Below, in pieces: positions 8,921-21,912 of a stretch of DNA of 64,000 bases; within the stretch, counting starts at the first letter, position 1; each line of letters begins with the position of its first letter. Made by a program: the position numbers and the translations under genes. Under the pieces are notes generated by a model. It saw nothing but the letters and a program-made list of their open reading frames with translations. It did not search any database and was not told where the DNA came from. The DNA comes from Anolis carolinensis (Eukaryota): NCBI RefSeq assembly GCF_035594765.1, contig NW_026943822.1:8331769-8395768 (forward strand). The letters are read 5' to 3'.

Positions 8921-9922
8921 TCTATATCCACATAATAAAAGTGAAAATCTGTATGTGTGTATGTGGCACGGGTGTCTGCTCACATAAACAGCCTCTGGCC
9001 TCCACAAACAGGCTATAGTTCCAAGTGCTGAGGTCACTCCCTCCCATGACATTGCAGGTTATAGCGGGCACATCCCAGCGTTCCTTTCTCTCTCCATTTG
9101 CATGACCCTGCCCATTGCCTCTCTCTTAACCTTTCCCTACCCTTTTCTATGGCACACAGCAAACAGAGGACTTGATCAGCAAATGAACATACTGGAGAGG
9201 GTTGGAGAGAATTCACCATGATTTCTAGGAGGTGTAGGGACTGGGATGTATAGATTGCCTGCAATCTAAGATCACTCTGAACCCCACCAACGATACACCT
9301 GGAACTCACTTGGCACACAGACCCAACATGATTGACCTTGACATCCTGGAGTTATAGTTCACCTGTATTCAGAGAACTCTGAACCCCTCTAATGACGGAT
9401 CTGGACCAAACTTGGCACCCAAATTCATGGCCAAGAGGGAATACTGGTGGACTTTGGGAGTGATTGACTTTTAACTCTGGGAGTATTCCGTAAAGTCCTC
9501 TGAACCCCATCAATGATGGATCTGGACCAAACTTGGCACACAGACCCAGCATGGCCAACTGTGAATACTGGCGCAGTTTTGGGGTGATTGCCCTGGGAAT
9601 TTGGGAATTGTAGTTCACCTTTATCCAGAGAATATTGAACCAAGCAGATGACAGATCTGGAGCACATTTGGCACACAGACCCAACATGGCCAACTGAGAA
9701 TACTGGGGGAGTATTAGGAGGGATGACCCAAGATTTTGAGTGATTGTAGTTCACCCATATCCTTATGCATTTTCTAATGGGATCATTCATAATAAACAAA
9801 AGCAAAGACTGATCTCCCCCTAAGAAATGGCATAACATTTGATCAAACTGAAATGGCCTAACATCCCAAAACAAACAAGGCCTTTTTCAAATAACCCGAG
9901 CATCACCAGGTACCCAAGCTAA
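8921..9922 (+). mobile_element. Non-autonomous Helitron, family B
   Basis: 5' TC, degenerate 3' hairpin plus CTAA, internal subrepeats; homologous to 58932-60102. Confidence 0.7.
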
Positions 9923-10734
9923 TTTTATATAAAAAAGGAAGGCCATGTTAGGTTTTTACTCTTGAAGTACAAAGCAGCTTTGGCAAGGTTTTAGCCTGAA
10001 CTTTAACAGAGCTCTCCAAGGTGCTGAACCAGCTCCGTTTGCCAAGGTTTGGCACCTTGGATAACACCTTTAAAGTTTGGGGTTGGATTGAAATCTGATT
10101 CCTGGTCCAGCAACATGGGAAAGAAAGCACCATAACTTTTAGATTTTGATCCAATTTGTCAAAGTTTTGCCAACGGGAAAGAGATCACATAAGATATCTA
10201 CTCACCTTTAAATCAGCGTTGAAGCGAGGACTAGAATGGCCTGAGAGAGGAAGGCAGCAGGAATGTTTTTTGCAATGCCTTTAAAAACCTTTAGAACCCC
10301 ATGTCCCAGTCTTGTCCTCCTTCCGCTCAGTCTCCCAAAATGTTGCAGCAGGGAAGGAGACAGCAAAGCAAATGAAGGAGTTTTCGGTGTCTCTTGGGCG
10401 CTTCCCCCCCCCCCCCCCCGCTGCGTCATTGCAGGTCCCTTGAATGAATGAGGCACAGAGGAAGGCTCCCTTTTGCCAGCTGAGCCTTTGCCAAGCGCCT
10501 TGTAAGGAAAGCTCCCAATGCCGCTCCTGCCTCTCGCTTGGCCTCCGATGGACAGAGTTTTCCATCAGCAAAGGGCAGCGGGGAGGGAGAGGCCTTGCCT
10601 TCGGGACAAGGGACAAAAACATATGCCACAATGCTCTGAGGAGAGGAAATCATTTTTCTTGGCATCTTTCTGAAACCAAAATAACCACAGAAGAGCCGTT
10701 GCATGGCTCTTTTTGCAACCTGATGCAAGACAGA

Positions 10735-10972
10735 AGTGGGGTGCCATACGGTTAGATCCTGGGCCCAGTGCTGTTCAGCATCTTTATTAATGACTTGGAG
10801 GAAGGTTTAGAGGGTGGGCAGATCAAGTTTGCAGATGACAACAAATTAGGGAGAGAGCAAATACTCCAGGAGACAGGATCAGGATCCAAAATGAGCTTCA
10901 CAGATTAGAGAGCTGAATGGCCAAAACTAACAAAGTGAATCCCAACAAGGAGAAATGTAAGATACTTCACAT
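10735..10972 (+). mobile_element. CR1 LINE RT fragment
   Basis: Degenerate SGVP..LGPVLFSIFINDL...KFADD motif. Confidence 0.85.
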
Positions 10973-11300
10973 AGTAAAGATAAAGGTTTCCCCTGACGTT
11001 AAGTCCAGTCGTGACTGACTCTGGGGGTTGGTGCTCATCTCCATTTCTAAGCCAAAGAGCCGGAGTTGTTCATAGACACCTCCAAGGTCATGTGGCCGGC
11101 ATGACTGCATGGAGCGCTGTTACCTTCCCACAGGAGCCGTACCTATTGATCTACTCACATTTGCATGTTTTCGAACTGCTAGGTTGGCAGGAGCTGGAGC
11201 TAACAGCAGGCGCTCATTCTGCTCCTGGGATTTGAACCTGGGACCTTTTGGTCTGCAAGTTCAGCAGCTCAGTGCTTTTAACACACTTCATCACCGGGGC
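10973..11300 (-). mobile_element. Sauria-type SINE (copy A), with (TAT)n at 11304-11352
   Basis: Full-length family match. Confidence 0.9.
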
Positions 11301-11303
11301 TGC

Positions 11304-11354
<51 letters not shown>

Positions 11355-11983
11355 ATAGAGGTGCAATTCTATGCTTGTTTTGTTCTCATTGATAGCCGTT
11401 CTATTCCTAATATTTGAAAACTGTGCCTTTCAGTTTTGTGCAGAATTTAGATATTATGGGGTTGTGTTGCACAGAAAGAAGCATTTTTCTGCCCAGAAAG
11501 CAATATTTCTAATGCAGTGACTTTGCATATCAAAGGTCCCAGGTTGAGCCTTCAGATCATCTTTTCCCCCATCTAGATGCTTCTCCAGTAAGTTGGACTT
11601 TAAACCCACCATCCTTTCCCCTCCAAATCCAAACAGGAAGGCTTGATTCCAAAGCAGTGAAAGCATATCGCCCACAGAGGGATAAGACCGCTCTGCTATC
11701 TCTATGCTTACGCAAATAGTATTTGGCGTCCTACATCTTGTCACTTTGTTTTTCACCAACAGAAAGAAGGATTATGTTCATTTAATGCCGTGAACAATGA
11801 GGTGTTGTCAAAATGGTGACTCTGAAGAGATAAAACAAGGAGGCAGATCCCAAACTGAAACACTTGTGACTTGGAATAAATCTCAGCAGGGCAGGCAAAA
11901 GAAAAGACATAATCTCCAAACACACTATTAATTTGAGAGTCTTGTGACCACAAGTTGCTGGATCTGAGAACTCTCCATTAAAG

Positions 11984-12312
11984 AAAAGGTAAAGCTTTTC
12001 CCCTGACATTAAGTCTAGTCATGTCCGACTCTGGGAGTTGGTGCTTATCTCCATGTCTAAGCCAAAGAGCCGGCATTGTCCATAGACACCTCCAAGGTCA
12101 TGTGGCCAGCATGACTGCATGGAGTGCTGTTACCTTCCCGCAGAAGAGGTACCTATTGATCTACTCACATTTGGATGTTTTCGAACTGCTAGGTTGGCAG
12201 AAGCTGGGGCTAATAGTGGGAGCTCACTCTGCTCCCTGGATTCAAACCACCAACCGTTCAGTCAGCAAGTTCAGCAGCTCAGCGGTTTAATCCGCTGCAC
12301 CACTGAGGGCTC
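11984..12312 (-). mobile_element. Sauria-type SINE
   Basis: Family match. Confidence 0.88.
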
Positions 12313-13018
12313 CGTTAGGTCACTTATAATGAAAAGAAAGGGCATCGCAAGCAAAGGTTTGCCTTTGCCTTCCTCTGAGGCTGAGAGAGTGTGACTTGCC
12401 CAAGGTTGCCGAACAGATTTTTATGGCTGAGCAGAGGTTCGAACTCAGGCCTCGCAGTCCAACATTGAAAGCATAAAAACACACTGTCTCTAGGACTCAT
12501 TTATTTGGCCATTTGGAAAGTACAGAGCATTCAGAGAAATATCCCTTTTCTCTTGCAATGGGGGAAAAATGCTGTTTTAGTTTTCCATCCTTGCAAACCA
12601 GGACAGTTGTATGGAGAGGGTGCATAATATGACAAGGCAAGCAAGGAAGAGACACGGCAGGACCCGCCTTATGATATTCTGAGATTTGCAGATTAGGGAA
12701 TCGTATTTTGACTTCTCCGCAGAGAACTGCAAATCCCAGCGTTCCATGAGACAAAGCAGCCAAGTGGAGCCCATGTGCTTTCACCGGGCAACATGTTGAA
12801 GCCCATTTCCCAGCTGTAACACGCAGATGCACATTCTGTACTTTGCCCCCATCCCTTGGGACTCGACAGGATGTGAGCAACACATACTTGGACGCTTTGG
12901 CTCCTTGTGCTGTGTTTATTTCGGCTTTCGCTGCACCACAATGTGCTTCGGGCAGCTCTATGGAGGCATAGACACGAGCATTACTTGAGCAAAGGCTTAC
13001 CATACCCAGAGTTGGATT

Positions 13019-13490
13019 ATCAGGGTTCAATCAGTGGTGATGTGCTCATCACAGTTGCAGACGACATTACATTAAGAGGGATGGCTAACACCCTGAAGGA
13101 CAGGATCAGGAATTAAAGCGAGCTTCACAGATGACAGAGCTGAATGGCCAAAACTAACAATATTAATTTCAACATTTTAGACAGTGCTACACTTTGGCAA
13201 TACAAATGAAGCACACAGGTATAGGATGGGGTCTGGCTTGGCAAACAGTATATGCAAAAGGAGTCTAAAAACCACAAATCCCTTAAGTCGATGTTTAGCT
13301 TGGAGAAGAGTAGGATATGTTAGACATGTTTATGAAAGGATGTCGTATCAAAGATGGAGAAGGTCTGTGCTGGTCTAGAGACTAGGATACAATGAAGCAA
13401 TGGATTCAAACTGCAGGAAAAGAGATTCCACCTAAATGTTAGGAAGGACTAGACGCCCTTTGAGGTTCCCTTCCAACTCTATGATTCTAG
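13019..13490 (+). mobile_element. Degenerate CR1 LINE fragments including the 3' end
   Basis: Similar to 10800-10950; ends in CCCTTCCAACTCTATGATTCTA, the CR1 tail. Confidence 0.7.
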
Positions 13491-13591
13491 GAACGTATGC
13501 AAAATTGTTCCTCTCATTGCCATTTGTGACCCATCTCTGCACATGCCACTCTTGAATATGCGTGATGCTCCTGTGCGCGCGCTCATATGTA

Positions 13592-13915
13592 TGGTAGAGT
13601 CTCACTTATCCAACACTCACTTATCCAACGTTCTGGATTATCCAACACATTTTTTGTAGTCAATGTTTTCAATATATTGTGATATTTTGGTGCTAAATTC
13701 GTAAATACAGTAATTACTACATAACATTACTGCGTATTGAACTACTATTTCTGTCAAATTTGTTGTGTAACATGATGTTTTGGAGCTGAATTTGTAAAAT
13801 CATAACCTAATTTGATGTTTAATAGGCTTTTCCTTAATGCCTCCTTATTATCCAACATATTCGCTTATCCAACGTTCTGCCGGCCCATTTATGTTAGATA
13901 AGTGAGACTCTACTG
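13592..13915. mobile_element. Tc1/mariner-type MITE (CAGTAGAGTCTCACTTATCCAA TIRs)
   Basis: Terminal inverted repeats with TA flanks. Confidence 0.85.
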
Positions 13916-14167
13916 TATTCATGCAGTTGCATCTTATAGATTCATAGCATGGGAAGGCACTCTGATACTCATTTGGGGAAAGACAAAGAGGTGACTTGCT
14001 TCCTTTTCTTCCACAATGATATTATGAATATTCTGTTTTTTTATTTTTTACTGTCAACCTTTTGTATGTTTCCTGAGCAAGTGAGTAAAAATGCAAGAGA
14101 TCGTGTTGCAGTGATATTTTAGGGTTGAATAGACTTCCATCTTTTGGAGGTCTTTAAACACTTGTTG

Positions 14168-14474
14168 TGGCCCCTGGTGGCTCAGTGTGTTAAAGCACTG
14201 AGCTGCTGAACTTGTGGACCAAAAGGTCCCAGGTTCAAATCCCAGGAGCGGAATGAGTGCCCGCTGTTAGCCTCAGCTCCTGCCAACCTAGCAGTTCGAA
14301 AATAGGCAAATGTGAGGAGATCAATAGGTACCACTCTGGCGGAAATGCTTTTTTCTGTGCAACACAACCCCATAATATCTAAATTCTGCACAAAACTGAA
14401 AGGCACAGTTTTCAAATATTAGGAATAGAACGGCTATCAATGAGAACAAAACAAGCATAGAATTGCACCTCTAT

Positions 14475-14528
<54 letters not shown>

Positions 14529-14860
14529 GCAGCCCCGGTGATGAAGTGTGTTAAAAGCACTGAGCTGCTGAACTTGCAGACCAAAAGGTCCCAGGTTCAA
14601 ATCCCAGGAGCAGAATGAGCGCCTGCTGTTAGCTCCAGCTCCTGCCAACCTAGCAGTTCGAAAACATGCAAATGTGAGTAGATCAATAGGTACGGCTCCT
14701 GTGGGAAGGTAACAGCGCTCCATGCAGTCATGCCGGCCACATGACCTTGGAGGTGTCTATGGACAACTCCGGCTCTTCGGCTTAGAAATTGAGATGAGCA
14801 CCAACCCCCAGAGTCGGTCACGACTGGACTTAACGTCAGGGGAAAACCTTTACATTTACC
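14168..14860 (+). mobile_element. Chimeric Sauria SINE locus: 5' half SINE, inverted copy of the 11301-11486 flank, then a full SINE
   Basis: 14343-14852 is the reverse complement of 10981-11486. Confidence 0.88.
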
Positions 14861-15343
14861 TAAACAGAAGTTAGAAGGTCCTCTTTCGGGAGGGCTTTAG
14901 TCATATATCCTGGGCGAGATGACCCTTGGTCCAATCAGAGCATCCTTTACATCTATGTCCTACAGCGCCCCCTAGAGGGTGAGAAGGGCGTCTTCCTCTC
15001 CTCACCTCCGGCTGAAAGCGACCTCCCTTGACCTCCCTCGTCCTGTCCAGACACTTCTTTATTTAAGCTGTAGTTCTGCACTGAAGCCCAGCAATGCTGC
15101 CGATATCAGTTTGCAAATTGCCTTTGGAGAGCGACTGCTCTCATTGCCGGCTGCCCTGGTCACATGGACCCCCGCTATCTTTAGAAGCAGGCATTTATAT
15201 TGCAGAGTTTGCAGCTTCTGGGCAGCTCTTGGGCAGATAGAGAAAAGAAACCATGCTGACACATCTCAAGGGTCTTGCTACTCACAGGTGATTGAAAGAC
15301 AACGAAGATGTCCTCGCAATGAGAGGCCGCCCTTGACTCCACC

Positions 15344-16708
15344 ATGCAGTCCAAACAGCTTGACGAAAGAGTCCGGATCCACTTGGAAGAGGAGTATTTC
15401 TCCGTGGACAAGGCCCTTCTGGTGGATCACAGTGAATACTTCCGGGCACTCTTCCAATCGGGCATGAGGGAGAGCAACCAGAAAGAGATCCAGATCCGAG
15501 ATCTAAGCGCCACGGGGTTTTCCATCATGTTGAAGATCCTGGAGGGAGGTTTTCCAGTGCTGAGCTGCGAAGAGAACCTCAAGGCGGTGGAGTGTGCCTC
15601 CTTCCTACAGGTCAAAGCCATGGCCAAGTACTTGATTGCCTCCATCAATTCTGACAACTGCATCATTCTCTACCAAGCCGCGGCCATGTTCGGCCTCCTG
15701 GACCTCTTCCACAGCGCGGCGCTGTACATCAGAGACAGTTATGCAGACCTGGAGGAGTATCTGGACTGCCTCTCTCCAGATCTTCTTGATTACATCGAGT
15801 CCCTGGTGCCCAGCACATTTGTGGCAGTGGGAGCGCACACTCCCACCTTTGAGTTCTTGGAGGACCTCTCTCGAACCATCTGCTACCTGAATGAGGAGGA
15901 CAACACCTGGAGGACCCTTTCCTGCATGCCGCTGCATGCCAGCACATTCCTGGCTGGCATGGCCACCTTGGACAACAAGATTTACATTGTGGGAGGTGTC
16001 TATGGCTACAACAAGCAGGTGGTGGACCAAAGCTTTTGGTATGACCCTGTGACTGATGTCTGGAGTGAGTTCCCCAGCCCTCAGCAGCTCCGCTACGACG
16101 TCACATTGACAGCCCAAGAGGACCATCTCTATGCCATTGGCGGGGAGTTTGAGAAGATGCCACTCAAATCCGTGGAGAAGTTCAATGTGTCCACGAACAC
16201 GTGGAGCTTCGTCTCGGACCTGCCCCAGCCAGCAACTGCAGTCCCGTGTGCCCAAGCCATGGGGCGCATCTTTGTTTGCTTGTGGCAGCCGCTAGACACC
16301 ACCATCATCTATGAATACGAGACACAGAAGGACGAATGGCTTCCCATCTCAACCCTCAACAGGTCTCAGAGTTATGGCCACTGCATGGTGGCCCACCGGG
16401 ACAACCTCTACATCATGCGCAATGGGCCTTTTGATGACTTCCTGCGCTGCGTGATGGATTGCTACAACCTGAGCACCAAGCAGTGGTCCTCCTTGCCTGG
16501 CCAGTACGTGAACAGCAAGGGGGCCCTCTTCACGGCGGTCATCAAAGGGGACATTGTTTACACGGTCAACAAGATGGTCACTCTGATCTACACAATAGAG
16601 GACAACACATGGAAATTCAAAAAGGAGAGAGCGGGTTTTCCAAGAAGTGGTTCTTTGCAAACTTTCCTTCTCCGGCTTCCAAGAACAGGTCACAGCATTG
16701 CAACGTAG
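15344..16708 (+). CDS. KBTBD13: Kelch repeat and BTB domain-containing protein 13 (single exon, 454 aa)
   Basis: BTB (HSEYFRALFQSGMRES), kelch GG repeats and the C-terminal LQTFLLRLP; intronless and syntenic between RASL12 and UBAP1L. Confidence 0.96.
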   Translation: MQSKQLDERVRIHLEEEYFSVDKALLVDHSEYFRALFQSGMRESNQKEIQIRDLSATGFSIMLKILEGGFPVLSCEENLKAVECASFLQVKAMAKYLIASINSDNCIILYQAAAMFGLLDLFHSAALYIRDSYADLEEYLDCLSPDLLDYIESLVPSTFVAVGAHTPTFEFLEDLSRTICYLNEEDNTWRTLSCMPLHASTFLAGMATLDNKIYIVGGVYGYNKQVVDQSFWYDPVTDVWSEFPSPQQLRYDVTLTAQEDHLYAIGGEFEKMPLKSVEKFNVSTNTWSFVSDLPQPATAVPCAQAMGRIFVCLWQPLDTTIIYEYETQKDEWLPISTLNRSQSYGHCMVAHRDNLYIMRNGPFDDFLRCVMDCYNLSTKQWSSLPGQYVNSKGALFTAVIKGDIVYTVNKMVTLIYTIEDNTWKFKKERAGFPRSGSLQTFLLRLPRTGHSIAT

Positions 16709-17520
16709 ATCACCTCCGATCTCCTATGGGTTGCTGAGGTGGCCACATCTCTGGATTCTGGCTATTTCACTTTTGTTGATTCTTTTGGAAGGCCTTGGAG
16801 ATTACAGCCCAAGTGGGCCCAGGATTGTGAAATTCCCTTAGTTCAAATGCTCCTTGTACCTTTTGAAGCAACAGAACCTAGTTTTATGTTGTAGGCCATC
16901 ATAGAGTGATGTTGGAGGCCATCATAGAATAGCTCTTGTAGCTGGTTTTGTAGGCCTTGAGCTATGGAGTTGTCATATAATCCATTTGCTACAACCAAAT
17001 ATGTCCTTCAAATGCAGTAGGCTGTCCACTTTCATTAGGATTAGGTCCTCCAAAAAGGTTGGAAAACTGCAGATAAAAATACTATTTTTTAACCTGTTAG
17101 AACAACAAATCTCTCTAACAAATCTCTAAGGGTGACTCTGGTCAATGTGATAAGCAGAGTAAGGAACAATGGAAGTTGTAATCCGTCAGGGTCTGTTGGG
17201 TCTGATATTCACATGCCTGGTTTAGGTTCATCCATAGGTGAACAGAAGGATGTTCCTTCCTCCTCACCCAGCTTGATGGCAACATAAGTAGTTTTATATT
17301 AAGTGGATCTTTGGTCTGTTAATATTGTCCACACAGACCACTAGTAGATCTTTCTGGTTTCAGAAGAAAAGTATATCCAGCTCTACTTGAAATGCCGGGG
17401 GTTTCTTTTTGGAGAATCAATGTTGGGACTCAGCCATACAATACTGGAGTCTCTCCAGATCTCCTATGCTGAATATTCTAAAGATTAAGTGCCCTTTAAT
17501 TCTGAACTGGCATTAATGTA

Positions 17521-18086
17521 CAGGCAGTGCCCGAGTTAAAAACATCCAACTTACAAATGACTCCTAGTTCAGAATGGGGATGAGACAATAGGAAGTAAGA
17601 AAATTCACTTTTAGGAAGGGAAATACACTCTTGGAAGAGTTATTATCATGGGGGAAACTGGTCTCCACTTTTTTTTCAGATCAGGAGCAACTTGAGAAAC
17701 TGCAAGTTGCTTCTGGTGTGAGAGAATTGGCTGTCTGCAAGGATGTTGCCCGGATTTTTTTGATGTTTGCCATCCTTGTAGGAGGCTTCTCTCATGTCCC
17801 CGCATGGGGAGCTGGAGCTGACAGAAGGAGCTCATCTACGCTCTCCCCGGATTCAACCCAGCAACTTTGAAGTCAGCAACCCAACCTTTAGGTCAGCAAT
17901 CCTGCCGGCACAAGGGTTTAACCCATTGTGCCACTAGGGGCTCCTGCGGTCTCCACTGAAGCTTTAGCACCAATCCTTGTTTCATAGCAAGCTAGATTTT
18001 TCAAAATCCCATTTTCACAGGAACAGAAAGTGAGGTGAAGCCTTCTGAATAGGGGTGTTCACCCTTCCCTATGCTATCCAAAGAGC

Positions 18087-18139
<53 letters not shown>

Positions 18140-18249
18140 GATATATAGATATATATTTGTATATTTGACTGGACTTATACTTTTAAAACAAATTCAGCTT
18201 AAAAACAAACCTACAGAACCTATCTTGTTCGTAACTTGGGGACTGCTTG
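17521..18249. mobile_element. Tigger/pogo-like non-autonomous DNA transposon with a nested SINE and (AGAT)n
   Basis: TIRs CAGGCAGTGCCCGAGTTA / TAACTTGGGGACTGCTTG; related fragment at about 29400-29700. Confidence 0.65.
17683..17944 (-). mobile_element. tRNA-derived SINE, second family
   Basis: A/B-box head on the minus strand; homologous to 22926-23128. Confidence 0.75.
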
Positions 18250-18439
18250 TTTACTGTTTTTGGAAAAGAGAATATTTAATGCCAGTAGATATGTGATAGA
18301 CAGGCATGTGATGTGTTTAAAGCAAACCTACAAACTGAGTGCATTTTGATCATTTATACATTTTTGTCCCAAAATGACCCACAAATTCAGCAAGTATGTG
18401 TCCTGCTGAGCCAAAAGAGACTGAGATCTGGCCTGAAGA

Positions 18440-18760
18440 TAAAGGTTTTCCCCTGACATTAAGTCCAGTCATGTCCAACTGAGGGTTGGTGCTCATCTCC
18501 ATTTCTAAGCTGAAGAGCCGGCTTTGTCCGTGGACACCTCATAAGTCATGTGGCCGGCATTACTGCATGGAGTGCTATTACCTTCCTGCCGAACCGGTAC
18601 CTATTGATCTACTCACATTTGCATGTTTTCAAATTGCTAGGTTGGCAGAAGCTGGAGCTAACAGGGGAGCTCACCACGCTCCCTGGATTCAAACCGCTAA
18701 CCTTTCGGTCAGCAAGTTCAGCAGCTCAGTGGTGTACTCTGCTGCATCAGTGGGGGCTCC
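18440..18760 (-). mobile_element. Sauria-type SINE
   Basis: Family match. Confidence 0.87.
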
Positions 18761-19370
18761 TGGCCTGAAGGTACCTGAGCAATATTGTTTCTGATACAAA
18801 TAAATGCTTTTCCATGCAACCTATTTGGGGTCGCCTCCTTGCATTTGAACCTTAGTGTATTTGAATAGTTTGAACAAGGAGGGTGCCTGTTCATAGGTTT
18901 TATATTCCCAGCAATTCTGTTTGAGACTGGCTATAAATAGTCAGGGAATTTGTGGCTACATAACAAACATGGGCTGACTCAGATCCTAGGCTGCGTTTGC
19001 TGGGATAGAATTGAAGAAAACATTTATTTTTCTGCATTAAACGATGCTGATCTCATCCCAGATGGTGCCGTTTTAATGCCGATGGTTAATTCTTCCCAGC
19101 CGCAAACCAAACAGCAAAACGCAAGCCCTGCTTTTTTTGGATTTGTAACTTTATCTCCATTACACTAGCATTCATTCCACGATTCCATAGCATTGAGTAG
19201 TGTCAGTTCTAGCAGTGTCAAACTGCATTAATTCTACTGTTTAGATGCATCGTAAGTTTGCAGTCAGTATTTGGAAGCATGCCTTGAAAAACTGCATATG
19301 GCATTTACTGCTTAGAACTGGCCAAATACTGTATATGTTTGGTTCATGACACACACAAAAAAGGTGACGT

Positions 19371-19595
<225 letters not shown>

Positions 19596-19603
19596 TCATA
19601 GAA

Positions 19604-19861
19604 CAGTGATCCCCAAACTACGGCCCACAGTCCGGATGTGGCCCTGCAAGGTCCTTTCCACAGCCCTGCCCTAAACTTTAGACTTAGGTTTGCCCTAACT
19701 CTGAAAGGTACACAACAACAACAATCCTAATGAACTTGACTCTCATCAACCAAACAAAAGGCCTACATTTCCAACTAAAATACTGGTAAGTGTATGTTGG
19801 TTATAATGGTTTATGTTGGTTCAAATTCTAGACCTTGGCTTGAAAAGTTTGAGGACCCTTG
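19604..19861. mobile_element. hAT-type MITE
   Basis: CAGTGATCCCCAAACT / AGTTTGAGGACCCTTG ends; 8-bp TSD TCATAGAA/TCATAGAC. Confidence 0.7.
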
Positions 19862-20411
19862 TCATAGACGTTCCCTTATGGAAATGGTGAGGCTGGATCT
19901 ACACTGCCCTGTAATCCAGTTTCTGAATCCTTTCTTTGAACAAGGTTATATGAGTCAAAGCAGATGATCTGGATTCAGGAGCTGGATTATATGACAGTGT
20001 AGATGAGACATTTGTCTCATCCTGAGACATTTGTATCCTACGCAAATGGCCTGAGACATTTGTATCCAACGCAAAACCTTCCAGGTTTGTGGAAAGAGTT
20101 ATGCAACATGCATGCGGTCCCGTTGGTTGTATGGTGTCCATCCTTGCTTTCAAGGCTCATTGACAGAAAGCCATCCTTGGCTTCTGTCCACTCTGAGTAA
20201 CTCTGTGGTCAAGCAGAATTGCAGAGTGCAGAAATATTCCTCATCAATATATTCACACTGCACATTGAGAGCAGCGACCTGTCTAGAGATTAGAACATTT
20301 GCCCTTCAAATCGGTATCTCCTAGAGTTGCCCAGTTGGAGATAGGATTTGAGAGCCGGAGTCCAAAAGGGTAATTTCCCAAGCTTTGGCCCCTTTCCTCC
20401 CTTCTCCTTCA

Positions 20412-20636
<225 letters not shown>

Positions 20637-21600
20637 TCAGGAATCATAGGATACGTCTGCACTGCAGAATGGGTGAACGGCCCTGGCTCAATGCTACGAG
20701 ATCCTATGTAATTTGGTGAGGCACTATCGCTTCTGGATAGAAAACTGCACAACAAAAAGCCCTTGATTATTATCTTATTATAAGAGATGCTATTTGATTA
20801 CATTATTGTCTAGACAAGACAACTTGAACATTGACAGATTTTGGAATCCGTGGATTGTTAACACAACACAGCTCCATCAGGAATCATGGAGTACATCTAC
20901 ACTGCGGAATGGATGCAGTTTGACACCACATTAACTGTCCTGGCTCAAGGCAATGGAACCATAGGAGCCTTAGTTTGGTGAGACACCCCAGCACTCTTTG
21001 GCAGTGAGGGCTAAATAACAACAACAATAATAATAACAACAACCACTTTCTCAAACTACAATTTCCTTGGTTCCATATAATTGAGCCAAGGCAGACAAGT
21101 GGTGTCAAAGTGCATTAATTCGACAGTGTAGATGAACCTCTTGAAAAGTCAGTGATAGTATTACAAGTTCTTTAGTAGGGTTATGTGATCGATGAAAAAA
21201 ATGTTTCAAAGCTCCTTACAAAACTAGGGGCAGCATTTAATTTCTAAAGTGTTTCTAAAGTATCGTTAAGGAAAACTTTGTTACTATTATGAGAGTAACG
21301 AAATTTTGTCACTTTTTTGTTATAGCAACTGCGCAAGTGGGGAAAATTCAGGGACTCCTTTCTCTCTTGTTTTTATAGCTTTTGTGGTGAAACTTGCTAC
21401 AATGATAGAACACATTTAGCACTGTTTTCCCATCAAGTTTCAAAATGTTTCACTCATTTATGGATTTTTAGGGCATTTTCAAAGTTTATAAACATTTTTA
21501 TAACGTGCTCTCTGCCACTGTGTGTCTCACCCCCCTCCCGGCATAAGGACGAGACCAACTTGATGGGGCCATTGCACTCGCCTGGATTTCCCTGATATTA

Positions 21601-21912
<312 letters not shown>

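Noticed and set aside
9200-9760. Regularly spaced repeats resembling a CRISPR array
   Set aside because: Eukaryotic DNA; these are diverged internal subrepeats of a Helitron, with homologous rather than unique spacers.
11011-12394. Recurrent ORFs such as MERCYLP.../YLLIYSHL...
   Set aside because: Translations of SINE copies, not genes.
14343-14528. 3' transduction as the origin of the duplicated flank
   Set aside because: The flank is on the head (5') side of the SINE, so read-through retroposition cannot explain it.
15050-15200. MEF2/TATA-like motifs upstream of KBTBD13
   Set aside because: Imperfect matches that cannot be distinguished from chance without conservation data.
15605-16693. 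Antisense ORFs of 216 and 114 aa in KBTBD13
   Set aside because: Codon-bias shadow of the real CDS.
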